Shown here: positions 1 through 8,768 of the stretch, in pieces
Position numbering within the stretch: position 1 is the first letter of the stretch
Layout: each line of letters begins with the position of its first letter
Origin: a virus
Lineage: Duplodnaviria; Heunggongvirae; Uroviricota; Caudoviricetes
Strand: one strand, 5' to 3'
Virus record (IMG/VR): IMGVR_UViG_3300009594_000001
DNA length: 39,649 nt
Notes under the pieces: generated by a model
What the model was told of the DNA's origin: nothing
The model's input: the letters and a program-made list of their open reading frames with translations, nothing else
Database searches by the model: none
Made by a program: the position numbers and the translations under genes

Positions 1-96
1 AATTGATCTATTGATTTTGATACGTTGCAATCGGTGCATTTTTTGACTTGCATTGTCCAATTTTACCAAACGGTCCAATTCGCAAGCAAGATACAG

Positions 97-125
97 TTGA
101 CTGTTACTTTTCTTTCTAGTAGGAT
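97..125 (+). promoter_or_regulatory. sigma70-type promoter upstream of the AAA ATPase
   Basis: TTGACT (97-102), 17-nt spacer, TAGGAT (120-125); ATG at 159. Confidence 0.6.
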
Positions 126-158
126 TCGATTCTCTACCTGGAAAGAGGAAGCGACGTA

Positions 159-2225
159 ATGTCTATACACGACGAGAACAGAGAGCTACAGGACATACTA
201 TTGAACGCCCCCAGAAGAGCAGCATATAGAAAAAGCGATGATCGTAATTCGACGCCGGGCTACGTTGATGAAGATGACTTCAACGCTGGCAAGCTAGTTC
301 AATGGACTACCGGCGACGGCCTTCGCTTTTTCCCTGCGGGGCATACGCTGAATGAGCTTCCTCCTGGGGCATACGAACCTGCGTATACCCCAGAGAAGGG
401 GTACTTCATGCAAAAGGTTCACGTTAAGACCGAGGGTCTGTTGCAATTCCCAGAGACGAATTCCGAGAGAGTTATCAACGAGATTCAGAAGTTCTGGGAT
501 CGGGAAGACCTTTTTTGTGACTACAGCTTGACGCACAAGCGTGGCATCATGCTGTGGGGGCCTCCGGGTTGTCATCGCAAAGGCACCAGGGTCATTATGG
601 CTGATGGTTCTCTCAAGAATGTAGAGAATGTAGTAGAAGGCGATTCGCTGATGGGGCCTGATTCGTGTCCAAGGAAGGTTTTTGCTCTTTGTCGAGGACG
701 TGATTTAATGTACAAGATCACGCCGAATAAAGGAGAGCCTTTCTATGTGAATGCTAATCATATTCTGAGTTTGAAACGGTCGGGGGACGTTCGCAAGGTT
801 TCTTGGATTCCAGATGTACTCAATATAAAGGTTTCCGACTATTTGAAATTGTCAAAAACAACTCGTGCTAGGCTCAAACTATATCACACAGGTGTGTTAT
901 ATGAAGAGCGTTTGCTTCCGCTAGACTCTTACTTTTTGGGGGTTTGGCTGGGAGACGGGTACGAGGACAATACGGCTGTTACGACTCAAGATCGAGAGAT
1001 CATTGCTTGTGTTGAGCATATAGCCAATCAGTTCGGACTGAATGTTAATCCGCAACAAAAGCCTGATTCTAAAGCAGCCAGTTATTACATAACATCTGGT
1101 CCAATGCGTTTGGGAGTGCAAAAAGAAGGCAGGAATCCCCTTCGTACTTTGTTGAAAGAGTTGGGCGTCTTGCAGAATAAGAGGATACCTTATATCTATT
1201 CTACCTCCAGTCGTATGCAACGATTGCAGTTGCTTGCCGGGCTTATTGATACAGATGGTAATTATGTTTCCAAGAGACTCAAGGATGGGCGTGCAAGTAA
1301 AGGATATTACGAAGTCACTCAGAAGCGGCATGATCTTGCTTGTGATATTCAAGCATTGGCCCGGAGTTTGGGGATGGGAGCCACTATTAACAAGAAGTAT
1401 GTCGATGGTGATTTGTATTGGTGTGTTAATGTGTTTGGCGAAATACAAAACATACCTGTCAGAATCAGCTATAAGAAAGCACCGGTTGGCACCTCAAATA
1501 AAGACCCCCTAGTTACTGGATTCAAAATCAAATCAGTAGGGATTGAGAATTATTATGGATTTCATCTTGAGAAGGACCATTTGTATTTGACGAGCGATTA
1601 CGTCGTTCATCATAATTCTGGCAAATCATGTACAATCCAGTTGGTAATGGCCGACGTGATTCGGCGAGGCGGTGTAGCCATCATCTTCGAGGAGCCGAAT
1701 CTATATCTGGAAAACGTGCGGCAGTTTCGTGAGATTCAACCGAACACGCCCCTCGTTGTGTTGATGGAAGATATAGATTCGATTCTAGAAATACACAACG
1801 AGAGCGAGGTACTCAACATTCTCGACGGCGTTGAGAAAATCGAGAAAGTTGTTTATCTGGCTACGACTAACTATCCAGAGGTACTCGGCGAGCGTATTAT
1901 CAACAGGCCGAGTAGATTCGACCGTCGATTCAAGATGCCGCACCCTCGCAGTGCATCTCGCAAACTATACTTTGAGCATCTGCTTAAAGGCAAGGAAGAA
2001 AAACTAGCTGGAATCATGGATGTCGAGAAGTGGGTCAAGGATACCAGAGGAATGAGTATCGCTCACTTGAAGGAGTTGTTCGTCTCGGTGTGTATTCTTG
2101 GCGACGACTACGACGAAACGATTAGAGTTCTCAACTCGATGATGGAGGACCAGCCGGACTCTAAAGACGACCGTGAGGACAAAGCAGGAATGGGGTTTAA
2201 TCGCAATGACTCGAACTTTGATTAA
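159..2225 (+). CDS. AAA+ ATPase (BCS1/FtsH-like single AAA module) interrupted by an intein
   Basis: After intein removal: Walker A GPPG/SGKS, Walker B VVLMEDIDS, sensor ATTNYPEVL, arginine-finger RPSRFDRR; spliced product about 339 aa. Confidence 0.9.
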   Translation: MSIHDENRELQDILLNAPRRAAYRKSDDRNSTPGYVDEDDFNAGKLVQWTTGDGLRFFPAGHTLNELPPGAYEPAYTPEKGYFMQKVHVKTEGLLQFPETNSERVINEIQKFWDREDLFCDYSLTHKRGIMLWGPPGCHRKGTRVIMADGSLKNVENVVEGDSLMGPDSCPRKVFALCRGRDLMYKITPNKGEPFYVNANHILSLKRSGDVRKVSWIPDVLNIKVSDYLKLSKTTRARLKLYHTGVLYEERLLPLDSYFLGVWLGDGYEDNTAVTTQDREIIACVEHIANQFGLNVNPQQKPDSKAASYYITSGPMRLGVQKEGRNPLRTLLKELGVLQNKRIPYIYSTSSRMQRLQLLAGLIDTDGNYVSKRLKDGRASKGYYEVTQKRHDLACDIQALARSLGMGATINKKYVDGDLYWCVNVFGEIQNIPVRISYKKAPVGTSNKDPLVTGFKIKSVGIENYYGFHLEKDHLYLTSDYVVHHNSGKSCTIQLVMADVIRRGGVAIIFEEPNLYLENVRQFREIQPNTPLVVLMEDIDSILEIHNESEVLNILDGVEKIEKVVYLATTNYPEVLGERIINRPSRFDRRFKMPHPRSASRKLYFEHLLKGKEEKLAGIMDVEKWVKDTRGMSIAHLKELFVSVCILGDDYDETIRVLNSMMEDQPDSKDDREDKAGMGFNRNDSNFD
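570..1616 (+). mobile_element. Intein (349 aa) with LAGLIDADG homing endonuclease, inserted in the Walker A loop
   Basis: Starts CHRKGTRVIMADG, ends VVHHN followed by Ser (+1); endonuclease motifs YFLGVWLGDG and LLAGLIDTDG. Confidence 0.93.
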
Positions 2226-2688
2226 GGTAATCTCAGGCGGGCAGACTGGTGCCGACCTGGGCGGGCTAAAGGCAGCCAAAGCATCTGGTATACAGACCGG
2301 TGGTTTGATACCTTCTGGGTTTCTTACCGAGGTAGGTCCACGCCCTGAGTATGGGCCGCTCTACGGCCTAATCCAGCATCCGTCGAACAGGTATGAACCC
2401 AGGACGGTTGCCAACGTGTTGAACTCCGATGGCACAATTATTTTCTCTAGCAACTTCGGCTCTCCAGGCAGCAAGTTGACAATGGAGGCTTGTGGTCGGG
2501 CACCGAAACCCATGAAGTTGATCGATGTGCGTTCTTCGGGCGAGAATGCCGTGGACGATGTAGTGGCGTGGCTGCAAGAGAACAATATCCGAACTCTGAA
2601 TGTGGCTGGGAATAGAGAGTCTAAGTCTCCCGGCATAGAGAAGTTTGTAGAGACCTTCCTGATCGAAGTCTTCAAGAAACTAGGCTAG
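2206..2688 (+). CDS. Circularly permuted YpsA-type SLOG protein ('putative molybdenum carrier' family)
   Basis: KVISGGQTGADLGGLKAA, RTVANVLNSDGT and LNVAGNRES motifs; start reassigned to ATG 2206. Confidence 0.8.
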   Translation: MTRTLIKVISGGQTGADLGGLKAAKASGIQTGGLIPSGFLTEVGPRPEYGPLYGLIQHPSNRYEPRTVANVLNSDGTIIFSSNFGSPGSKLTMEACGRAPKPMKLIDVRSSGENAVDDVVAWLQENNIRTLNVAGNRESKSPGIEKFVETFLIEVFKKLG

Positions 2689-2714
2689 TCAGAATTCTCC
2701 CGTTCGGCTATACT
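2686..2714 (+). promoter_or_regulatory. Possible sigma70-type promoter for dnaE
   Basis: TAGTCA, 17-nt spacer, TATACT (2709-2714); GGAG-like SD before ATG 2742. Confidence 0.4.
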
Positions 2715-2741
2715 AGTCTAATTCAGAACGGGAGTAGAGGT

Positions 2742-5513
2742 ATGACGAGCAAGGATAGACTACAAGACCTGTGCCAGCAGGCTCTTGTAGACAAGGGTTT
2801 CGCAAACGACGTATACAAAATCCGGCTTCGTGACGAGTTCATGCATGTCGATGTACAGGGTGAGTACGAGTACTTCCTCGACCTGTACGACCGGAAGGTT
2901 CGCTACCCTAAAAACCAACATAATCTTCTCATTCCATATCTATTAGGTATTGTAGATCATTTCGACATAGAACAGGATTCGGCCCACGTCTTTGGCGAGT
3001 TTCCTGACATCGACATTGATTACCTTCCACAGATACGAGATCATCTCAAAAACGTCTGGGCCATTGAAGAATTCGGCAAAGAGAACGTCTGTGCCATCGG
3101 CAACTATACGACGTTCGGCATCAAGAGTGCCCTCATCGACATGGCGAGGGTTCACGACTGCGATCGTGAGGAGATTCTATCCCTCACAACCCAGTTTGGC
3201 TTGAAAGACGATTCCGGCAAAGCCTTGACTTGGGATTCGGCAATGAAGCTCTACCCGGAGCTAGAAGCCTACTGTAAGGCACATCCAGATGTAGCCGATG
3301 CTGCCAAGCGACTTCTCAATCGCAATCGTGGTATGGGTATGCACGCTGGTGGTTTAATTGTCGCCAATCAATCTATCGACAAGCTGGTTCCATTGGTGAA
3401 GGGCAGGGATGCACAACACGTCTCGGCGTTTGTGGAGGGTCTTCATGGTACAGACCTGGGGCCGTTGGGTCTGATTAAGTTCGACTTGTTGGTAATCACC
3501 GATCTCCTTCGCATTGTGTTGACGTGTAAGCTGGTGAAGGAGCGGTACGGGTTGGAATCTATCAGTGCCCTTCCAGGTCAACCAGATTGGTCTGATACGA
3601 GCTATCTGAATGACCCCAAGGCCCTGGAGATGGCGGGCAAAGGGCAACTCACTGGCATTTTCCAATTCGATTCCTCTGGCATCCGCAAGCTCGCACGAGA
3701 TGGCGGCGTTACCAGCTTTGATGATCTCTGTGCCTATTCCGCTCTCTACCGCCCTGGTCCGTTGGGTATGGGAATGCATACGCATTATGTAGAGAGGAAA
3801 AACGGAAGGGATGCAGAGTGGATCAAACATCTACATCCCATCTTGAAACCCATCCTTGGCAAGACTTACGGGGTTATGGTTTTTCAAGAGCAGGTTATGC
3901 AGATACTCAACGCAGTCGGCGGTATCCCGCTGAAAGACTGCGAGATCGTGCGTAAGGCCATCTCGAAGAAGAAGGTCAAAGAGTTTGGTAAGTATAAGGA
4001 GCAGTTCCTAGAGGAAGGCTCACGTCGCACTGGTTGGCCTATCGAATCAGTGATGGTCCCTTCCAAGGGCGAAACACCGGGTATGGTGCCTACTAACGCA
4101 CCGTGTATGCAAGGTCTGTGGGACCAGATAGAGAGCTTTGCAGAATACGGCTTCAACAAGTCACACACGGTAGCTTACACTTACATTTCATCTAGGTTGC
4201 TATACTTCAAGGCCCACTATCCTCTGGAGTTCTACACCGTCACGTTGCAAATAGCTGGCGAAGACGATAAGATCAAGGAATACAAGCGTGACGCCGAGCG
4301 TCATGGTATTAAGATTCAGAAACTAGACATGAATCTATCGAAGGAAAACTTCTGCATTGTTGATAACAAGGTCTACGTTGGTTTCAGAAACATTAAGGGC
4401 ATTGGTGAAGAGGTTGCCAAGGAGATCGTATCGAAGCAGCCATATAAGTCTTTTGAGGATTTCTTGGCCCGCTATGGCACCGATGCTAATGTGGTGAAGC
4501 CGCTGGTCTGTCTTGGCGTGTTCGAGGATGGCTCACGAGATGTTCTGTGGGAATTCTATGAACACTACAAGAAGGAAACCAAGCGACGTATAGATCGTGA
4601 CAAGCGGCAGGATAAATCTCAGGAGAAATACGCCGAGGAACTACGTTTCTTGCTGCGTGAATGGGGTTGTATAGATGAGGATACTAGCCAGCCGATGGAA
4701 CCCCAGGCGGTCTTCGATTTCATTGAGAAGCATAGCTTTACCGATGACTTGGAACTGCACAAGGCCATTACCGGGGCAGAGGGTGAAGAACAAATTCCTG
4801 GGTTTGATGCTTTTCTAGCGTGGAAGGTATACAAAAAGTATAAGCGGTCTAAGGACAATTTTGCCGTCAAGAAAGGTGAGGATAAGCCGATCTCGCTGAA
4901 GTCATTCGAGCCGATCGGTGAACTAGAACCAGAGGTTAAGGAACTTCTCGGCAAGGATGTTATGGATCAGGAGTCGATATTCTACGGCTTCAGTTGGCAG
5001 CACCCTTTAGAGCTTAGTTCTGACTTTTGCCACGATGAGGACCGAACCTTCCGTCAATTCGAGGAAGATCAATCTCTAAGTATAGCGTTGGTCGAAGTGA
5101 TGGTGTCCTACGAGGATATCAATCGCAAGGGCAAGACCAAAGGTGCAAAAAAGGAATTTGAAAATCCCAGGAAGGGGCAGAGTAAGTCCAAGAAGGAAGT
5201 CTGGTGGATGGACCTCTATGTAGAAGATGCCGACTTCGTGCAGAAGCGTGTTCGCTTCTGGAGCGATGATTACGAGCGGTTCAAGGATGATTTGGCTAAG
5301 GGTAACTTACTTAAACTACGGGTTCGTCGGCAGGCGGAATATGGCAACTTCACACTAGATGGCCCCAAGAAGCACCTACGCCTCACTCTGCCGCCGAAGG
5401 AGCATGATCCCCGTTTACAAGTAATGCGTAAGGCTGAACAGACCAAAACGGCAGTGCAATGCTCCGATGACACCCAGGCCGTACTAGATGAAATACGAGG
5501 TATGTTTTCATGA
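2742..5513 (+). CDS. dnaE: DNA polymerase III alpha subunit (DnaE family) lacking the N-terminal PHP domain
   Basis: FPDIDID, HAGG, GLIKFDLL, GIFQF, ALYRPGP, FQEQVM, YGFNKSH and KAHYPLEF motifs. Confidence 0.92.
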   Translation: MTSKDRLQDLCQQALVDKGFANDVYKIRLRDEFMHVDVQGEYEYFLDLYDRKVRYPKNQHNLLIPYLLGIVDHFDIEQDSAHVFGEFPDIDIDYLPQIRDHLKNVWAIEEFGKENVCAIGNYTTFGIKSALIDMARVHDCDREEILSLTTQFGLKDDSGKALTWDSAMKLYPELEAYCKAHPDVADAAKRLLNRNRGMGMHAGGLIVANQSIDKLVPLVKGRDAQHVSAFVEGLHGTDLGPLGLIKFDLLVITDLLRIVLTCKLVKERYGLESISALPGQPDWSDTSYLNDPKALEMAGKGQLTGIFQFDSSGIRKLARDGGVTSFDDLCAYSALYRPGPLGMGMHTHYVERKNGRDAEWIKHLHPILKPILGKTYGVMVFQEQVMQILNAVGGIPLKDCEIVRKAISKKKVKEFGKYKEQFLEEGSRRTGWPIESVMVPSKGETPGMVPTNAPCMQGLWDQIESFAEYGFNKSHTVAYTYISSRLLYFKAHYPLEFYTVTLQIAGEDDKIKEYKRDAERHGIKIQKLDMNLSKENFCIVDNKVYVGFRNIKGIGEEVAKEIVSKQPYKSFEDFLARYGTDANVVKPLVCLGVFEDGSRDVLWEFYEHYKKETKRRIDRDKRQDKSQEKYAEELRFLLREWGCIDEDTSQPMEPQAVFDFIEKHSFTDDLELHKAITGAEGEEQIPGFDAFLAWKVYKKYKRSKDNFAVKKGEDKPISLKSFEPIGELEPEVKELLGKDVMDQESIFYGFSWQHPLELSSDFCHDEDRTFRQFEEDQSLSIALVEVMVSYEDINRKGKTKGAKKEFENPRKGQSKSKKEVWWMDLYVEDADFVQKRVRFWSDDYERFKDDLAKGNLLKLRVRRQAEYGNFTLDGPKKHLRLTLPPKEHDPRLQVMRKAEQTKTAVQCSDDTQAVLDEIRGMFS

Positions 5514-6034
5514 TTCAAGAACCAGAGAACCAGGAACCACTGGAGGAGAAGCAGGAAGAACGAGAGCCGGATTTGGTGATCGATGAGTCTAACTTCAAAG
5601 ATTACTTCTTCGACGTGCGACTACACAAGCCGCAGCGTTGGCAGGTTATGGCCGCATATACCGGCATGGCCTTGCTTGTGAATGGCAAAGAGAAAGAGAA
5701 CTTGGTTGACTTATTGATGCAGACTACGAAGGTCAGGGCTGCAACTCAGGTGATGCGAAAATTATTTCACGCCTGTGAAGAAGATGCCATCCGGGTTCCG
5801 AAGAGGATTATTGAGGACTTGATTTCCGGCATGAGCCGCCAGGAAGTTCTAGAGAAGTCCTATCAATTCAAAGCTGAGCTTTACTTTTACACGAAAAGCG
5901 AGTACGTTCCACAAGATGATCCGCACTGGAGCATTGTGTCGATTGCCAACTTGGATGACTACCTAGCCAAAAAGGAAGGCGATTATGTAATAATGACAAA
6001 ACGGATTGATCCAGAAGAGAATCTATCTTCTTAG
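5510..6034 (+). CDS. Hypothetical protein
   Basis: 174-aa ORF, ATGA overlap with the dnaE stop. Confidence 0.75.
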   Translation: MIQEPENQEPLEEKQEEREPDLVIDESNFKDYFFDVRLHKPQRWQVMAAYTGMALLVNGKEKENLVDLLMQTTKVRAATQVMRKLFHACEEDAIRVPKRIIEDLISGMSRQEVLEKSYQFKAELYFYTKSEYVPQDDPHWSIVSIANLDDYLAKKEGDYVIMTKRIDPEENLSS

Positions 6035-6077
6035 AAGATAGATTGACGATATACTAGGAATAGAGAGCGGAGAACTT

Positions 6078-6683
6078 TTGATGAAAGCCTCCATTGTCGA
6101 ACGAAGGGGGTACAATATCGTCCTCCCTGAAGATGCGAAAGATTTTCGCATTACAGCGGGGTCTTTCTCCTTGATCGATCACATCTACGGAAGACAAGTC
6201 TACGCTAACGGGTTTGTGTATTGTCGTGAGTATTTCCAAGATGAAGCCTGCCGGGTTCGGCGTTTTCTGTTCAGCCATCGTTCTGGTTGTGGTGAGAACG
6301 TGGCTCATTTCATCAAAAAGGTTGAACGCCGTTTGAATCTCATCGAACACTCGAAGTTCTATTCTACTAATCGAAGAACGGTTACGATGGTCCGGCCCAA
6401 TCCCTGGTGGATGGACACTTCAATGAAGAAGTCTCTCTTCACCATCCTCGTCCGGGCTGGCAGTCGTTACGAGCCGGACCTGGACAACTTCGACTCGGCT
6501 CTCTTCTCCATTGAGTACAGCAGCAACACCAAGTACGCAGTTCAGCGATTTCTTCTCGGCTACACTAAATACACTGGCAAGGTCCGTGGTTGGGTCGCCC
6601 AATTCTGGGAAGGAACGGGTGACTGGTACGATCCCAAACCACCCGGCCCAGAGCGAGTTAGAGAACTCCTGGTCCGGCCTTAA
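6078..6683 (+). CDS. Hypothetical protein
   Basis: 201-aa ORF with GGAG upstream, followed by a terminator. Confidence 0.75.
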   Translation: MMKASIVERRGYNIVLPEDAKDFRITAGSFSLIDHIYGRQVYANGFVYCREYFQDEACRVRRFLFSHRSGCGENVAHFIKKVERRLNLIEHSKFYSTNRRTVTMVRPNPWWMDTSMKKSLFTILVRAGSRYEPDLDNFDSALFSIEYSSNTKYAVQRFLLGYTKYTGKVRGWVAQFWEGTGDWYDPKPPGPERVRELLVRP

Positions 6684-6702
6684 TAGCTGCGATAGCGGCA
6701 GG

Positions 6703-6731
6703 AAAAGGGATGGCTTCGGTCATCCCTTTTT
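6703..6731 (+). terminator. Intrinsic terminator
   Basis: AAAAGGGATGGC-TTCG-GTCATCCCTTTT stem with C(UUCG)G loop and T-run. Confidence 0.85.
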
Positions 6732-6747
6732 CGTTTAATATACAAGC

Positions 6748-7134
6748 ATGGGAACCAAAGCATACTATAAGGCAAATAGAGAGAAGATAATTGCATAAGC
6801 TAGAGCTTGGCAGGAAAAGAATCGGACTAAGTATCTCGAAAAGGCCCAAAGAGCCAAATACAGGGCGTCCTTAGCAGCTATCAAAACTCGCTATGGTTGT
6901 CAAAATTCAGGGTGCCCCTGCGACAGTTGTATACCGGCATGTTGTCTGGATTTCCACCATATCGGCGACAAAGGGTTTAGGTTCAACAAACGCCCAAAGC
7001 GGCTAAGCAAAGTGGTTGAAGAGATCAATAAATGTATTGTTCTATGTGCTATATGCCACAGGATGGTGACGTATGGGCTGCTAGAAGACACCTTCCTAAG
7101 ATGCTCGATAACCGAGGAAGATATTGAAGGCTAG
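6748..7134 (+). pseudogene. HNH homing-endonuclease-like gene with in-frame TAA at codon 17
   Basis: Manual translation MGTKAYYKANREKIIA*ARAWQEKNR...CCLDFHHIGDK...EEINKCIVLCAICHRM; TAA at 6796-6798; absent from the ORF track. Confidence 0.75.
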
Positions 7135-7194
7135 CTGTCCTTTTTCTTTTTACCTTGCATAGATAGTAGGAGGGTTGATTAGATAGGACAGTAT

Positions 7195-7722
7195 ATGGAC
7201 GATTTCAACACAACAAGAGACTCGCTAGATGCTTGGGTAACAAAGTGGGAGAAAGCCCAGCAGGACGGTATTTTCAAAGACGCCCCAAAGGGCAAGTCGC
7301 CGTACACCCCACAGACATTTTTCCCTCCGGTAGAGGAAGAAGAGGATGCCCCGAACCCAGATGATGTAGATTCTGCTTATTGGGCCAGCACACCTAAAGA
7401 CGGCTATGTTGATCCCCTGGACAACAAATTGTTGCATGAAGCTGTTGCCAAGGTGAAGGAAGGGCACGGTAAGGCAGGAGGCCCTATGAATCCACAGCCT
7501 TTTTATGCTGCTGGTAAGGATCAAGAGTACAATGCTGCTATGTTCGATGTAAAGGAATTCGAGGCTCTAGAAAAAGCGAAAGTTCAACTACATGAACTAG
7601 AAGACCAGATTGCCACGCTAGTAAGCGGCAAGGATTTACAATCCAAGGTAGTGGATTTGAAAAAGAAGATTGATGAGTTGAGCAATGTACTAACATATTA
7701 CTCTGATACCCAGACGGCTTGA
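7195..7722 (+). CDS. Hypothetical protein, acidic with C-terminal coiled coil
   Basis: 175-aa ORF; TAGATA box at 7180-7185. Confidence 0.7.
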   Translation: MDDFNTTRDSLDAWVTKWEKAQQDGIFKDAPKGKSPYTPQTFFPPVEEEEDAPNPDDVDSAYWASTPKDGYVDPLDNKLLHEAVAKVKEGHGKAGGPMNPQPFYAAGKDQEYNAAMFDVKEFEALEKAKVQLHELEDQIATLVSGKDLQSKVVDLKKKIDELSNVLTYYSDTQTA

Positions 7723-7746
7723 TTTATTGACTGTTTTAGGTATAAT
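7719..7746 (+). promoter_or_regulatory. sigma70-type promoter
   Basis: TTGATT (7719-7724), 16-nt spacer, TATAAT (7741-7746); GGAG before ATG 7765. Confidence 0.6.
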
Positions 7747-7764
7747 GTTTAATCGGAGTAGAGT

Positions 7765-8298
7765 ATGGCTATAACCTGGAAGGCACCCTCGAATGTCTTC
7801 GAGTTACTTGAAAACATCAAACAGAAGGATCACCATCCACGGCTTGAGTCGGCTAAGATAGCGGTCGCATTCAACGATGCGAAGCCATTCACGAAAGATC
7901 GTCTGAACCTGGGAAGCACGACTAAGTTCACACCATTTGCTAAAATCTGGCAGAAGGAAATTTACGATTTCTGTATTCTGCTTTGCAGCGATCTCTGGCA
8001 CCAGATTTGTGATGACACCCAGCGAATGGCTTTACTAGATTTACATCTCACCCGCTGTCAGGTAGAATACGTGCCTGAAACCGTTGTCGAAGGAAAGAAG
8101 AAGAAAATCGTCAAGGATGAATGGGGTCGTATTCAATACACCGATCAGATAAAATGCGACGACGATGGGAACCCGAAATGGTACGTTGCTCCATTGGATT
8201 TGGTGGTGTTCTCTCAGAATGGGCGACGGTACGGCATGTGGTATGAAGACCTAGCCTCGCTCGCTGATGCCCTTAAATTACATGGAGCGGCGGTATGA
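7765..8298 (+). CDS. Phage metallopeptidase-like family protein with degenerate zinc motif
   Basis: HPRLESAKIAVAF...YDFCILL...W...QRMALLDLHLTRC resembles the putative phage metallopeptidase family, where HExxH is expected in place of LHLTRC. Confidence 0.55.
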   Translation: MAITWKAPSNVFELLENIKQKDHHPRLESAKIAVAFNDAKPFTKDRLNLGSTTKFTPFAKIWQKEIYDFCILLCSDLWHQICDDTQRMALLDLHLTRCQVEYVPETVVEGKKKKIVKDEWGRIQYTDQIKCDDDGNPKWYVAPLDLVVFSQNGRRYGMWYEDLASLADALKLHGAAV

Positions 8299-8768
8299 AA
8301 CGAATCACACTAACGCCGGACGAACCGGCCAAATTGTCTTGGAATCGCATCTTTCTACTTTGTTTAGTGGTGGGGCTGGGAGCCGCCTTGTTCTTCGCCT
8401 ATCGCCACAAAACCACTGTTAGTAGCTTGAGTGTATCTCCCGGCGAAGAACCAGTTGCACCGGGGCCGCTTGAATTGAACCAAGAACGAGCCATCAAACG
8501 AATTCAGGTTCTTCAAGGCCACGAATTTGACATCACCCTGGATAATGGTCTTCGTATCCACGCAATGCTTCCGGTGCGTACCGGCAAAGAAGCAAGGGAT
8601 AAGGTGTTGACGTTTATCTCTCACAGCACCAAACCCAGAGTCATCATATTGCAAAAATGGCAGGAAGTCTGGACCGTCGATATCAAGGTTAGCAACGGCG
8701 GCACGGATGTCCTTTTGACTGAGTGGCTCAAAGCTAACCGCTTAGTGTGGGACAATAAAAATGGCTGA
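8295..8768 (+). CDS. Membrane-anchored hypothetical protein, possibly a degenerate SNase-like OB fold
   Basis: TM segment IFLLCLVVGLGAALFFAY; IKRIQVLQGHEFDITLDNGLRIH weakly resembles the thermonuclease N-terminus. Confidence 0.6.
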   Translation: MKRITLTPDEPAKLSWNRIFLLCLVVGLGAALFFAYRHKTTVSSLSVSPGEEPVAPGPLELNQERAIKRIQVLQGHEFDITLDNGLRIHAMLPVRTGKEARDKVLTFISHSTKPRVIILQKWQEVWTVDIKVSNGGTDVLLTEWLKANRLVWDNKNG

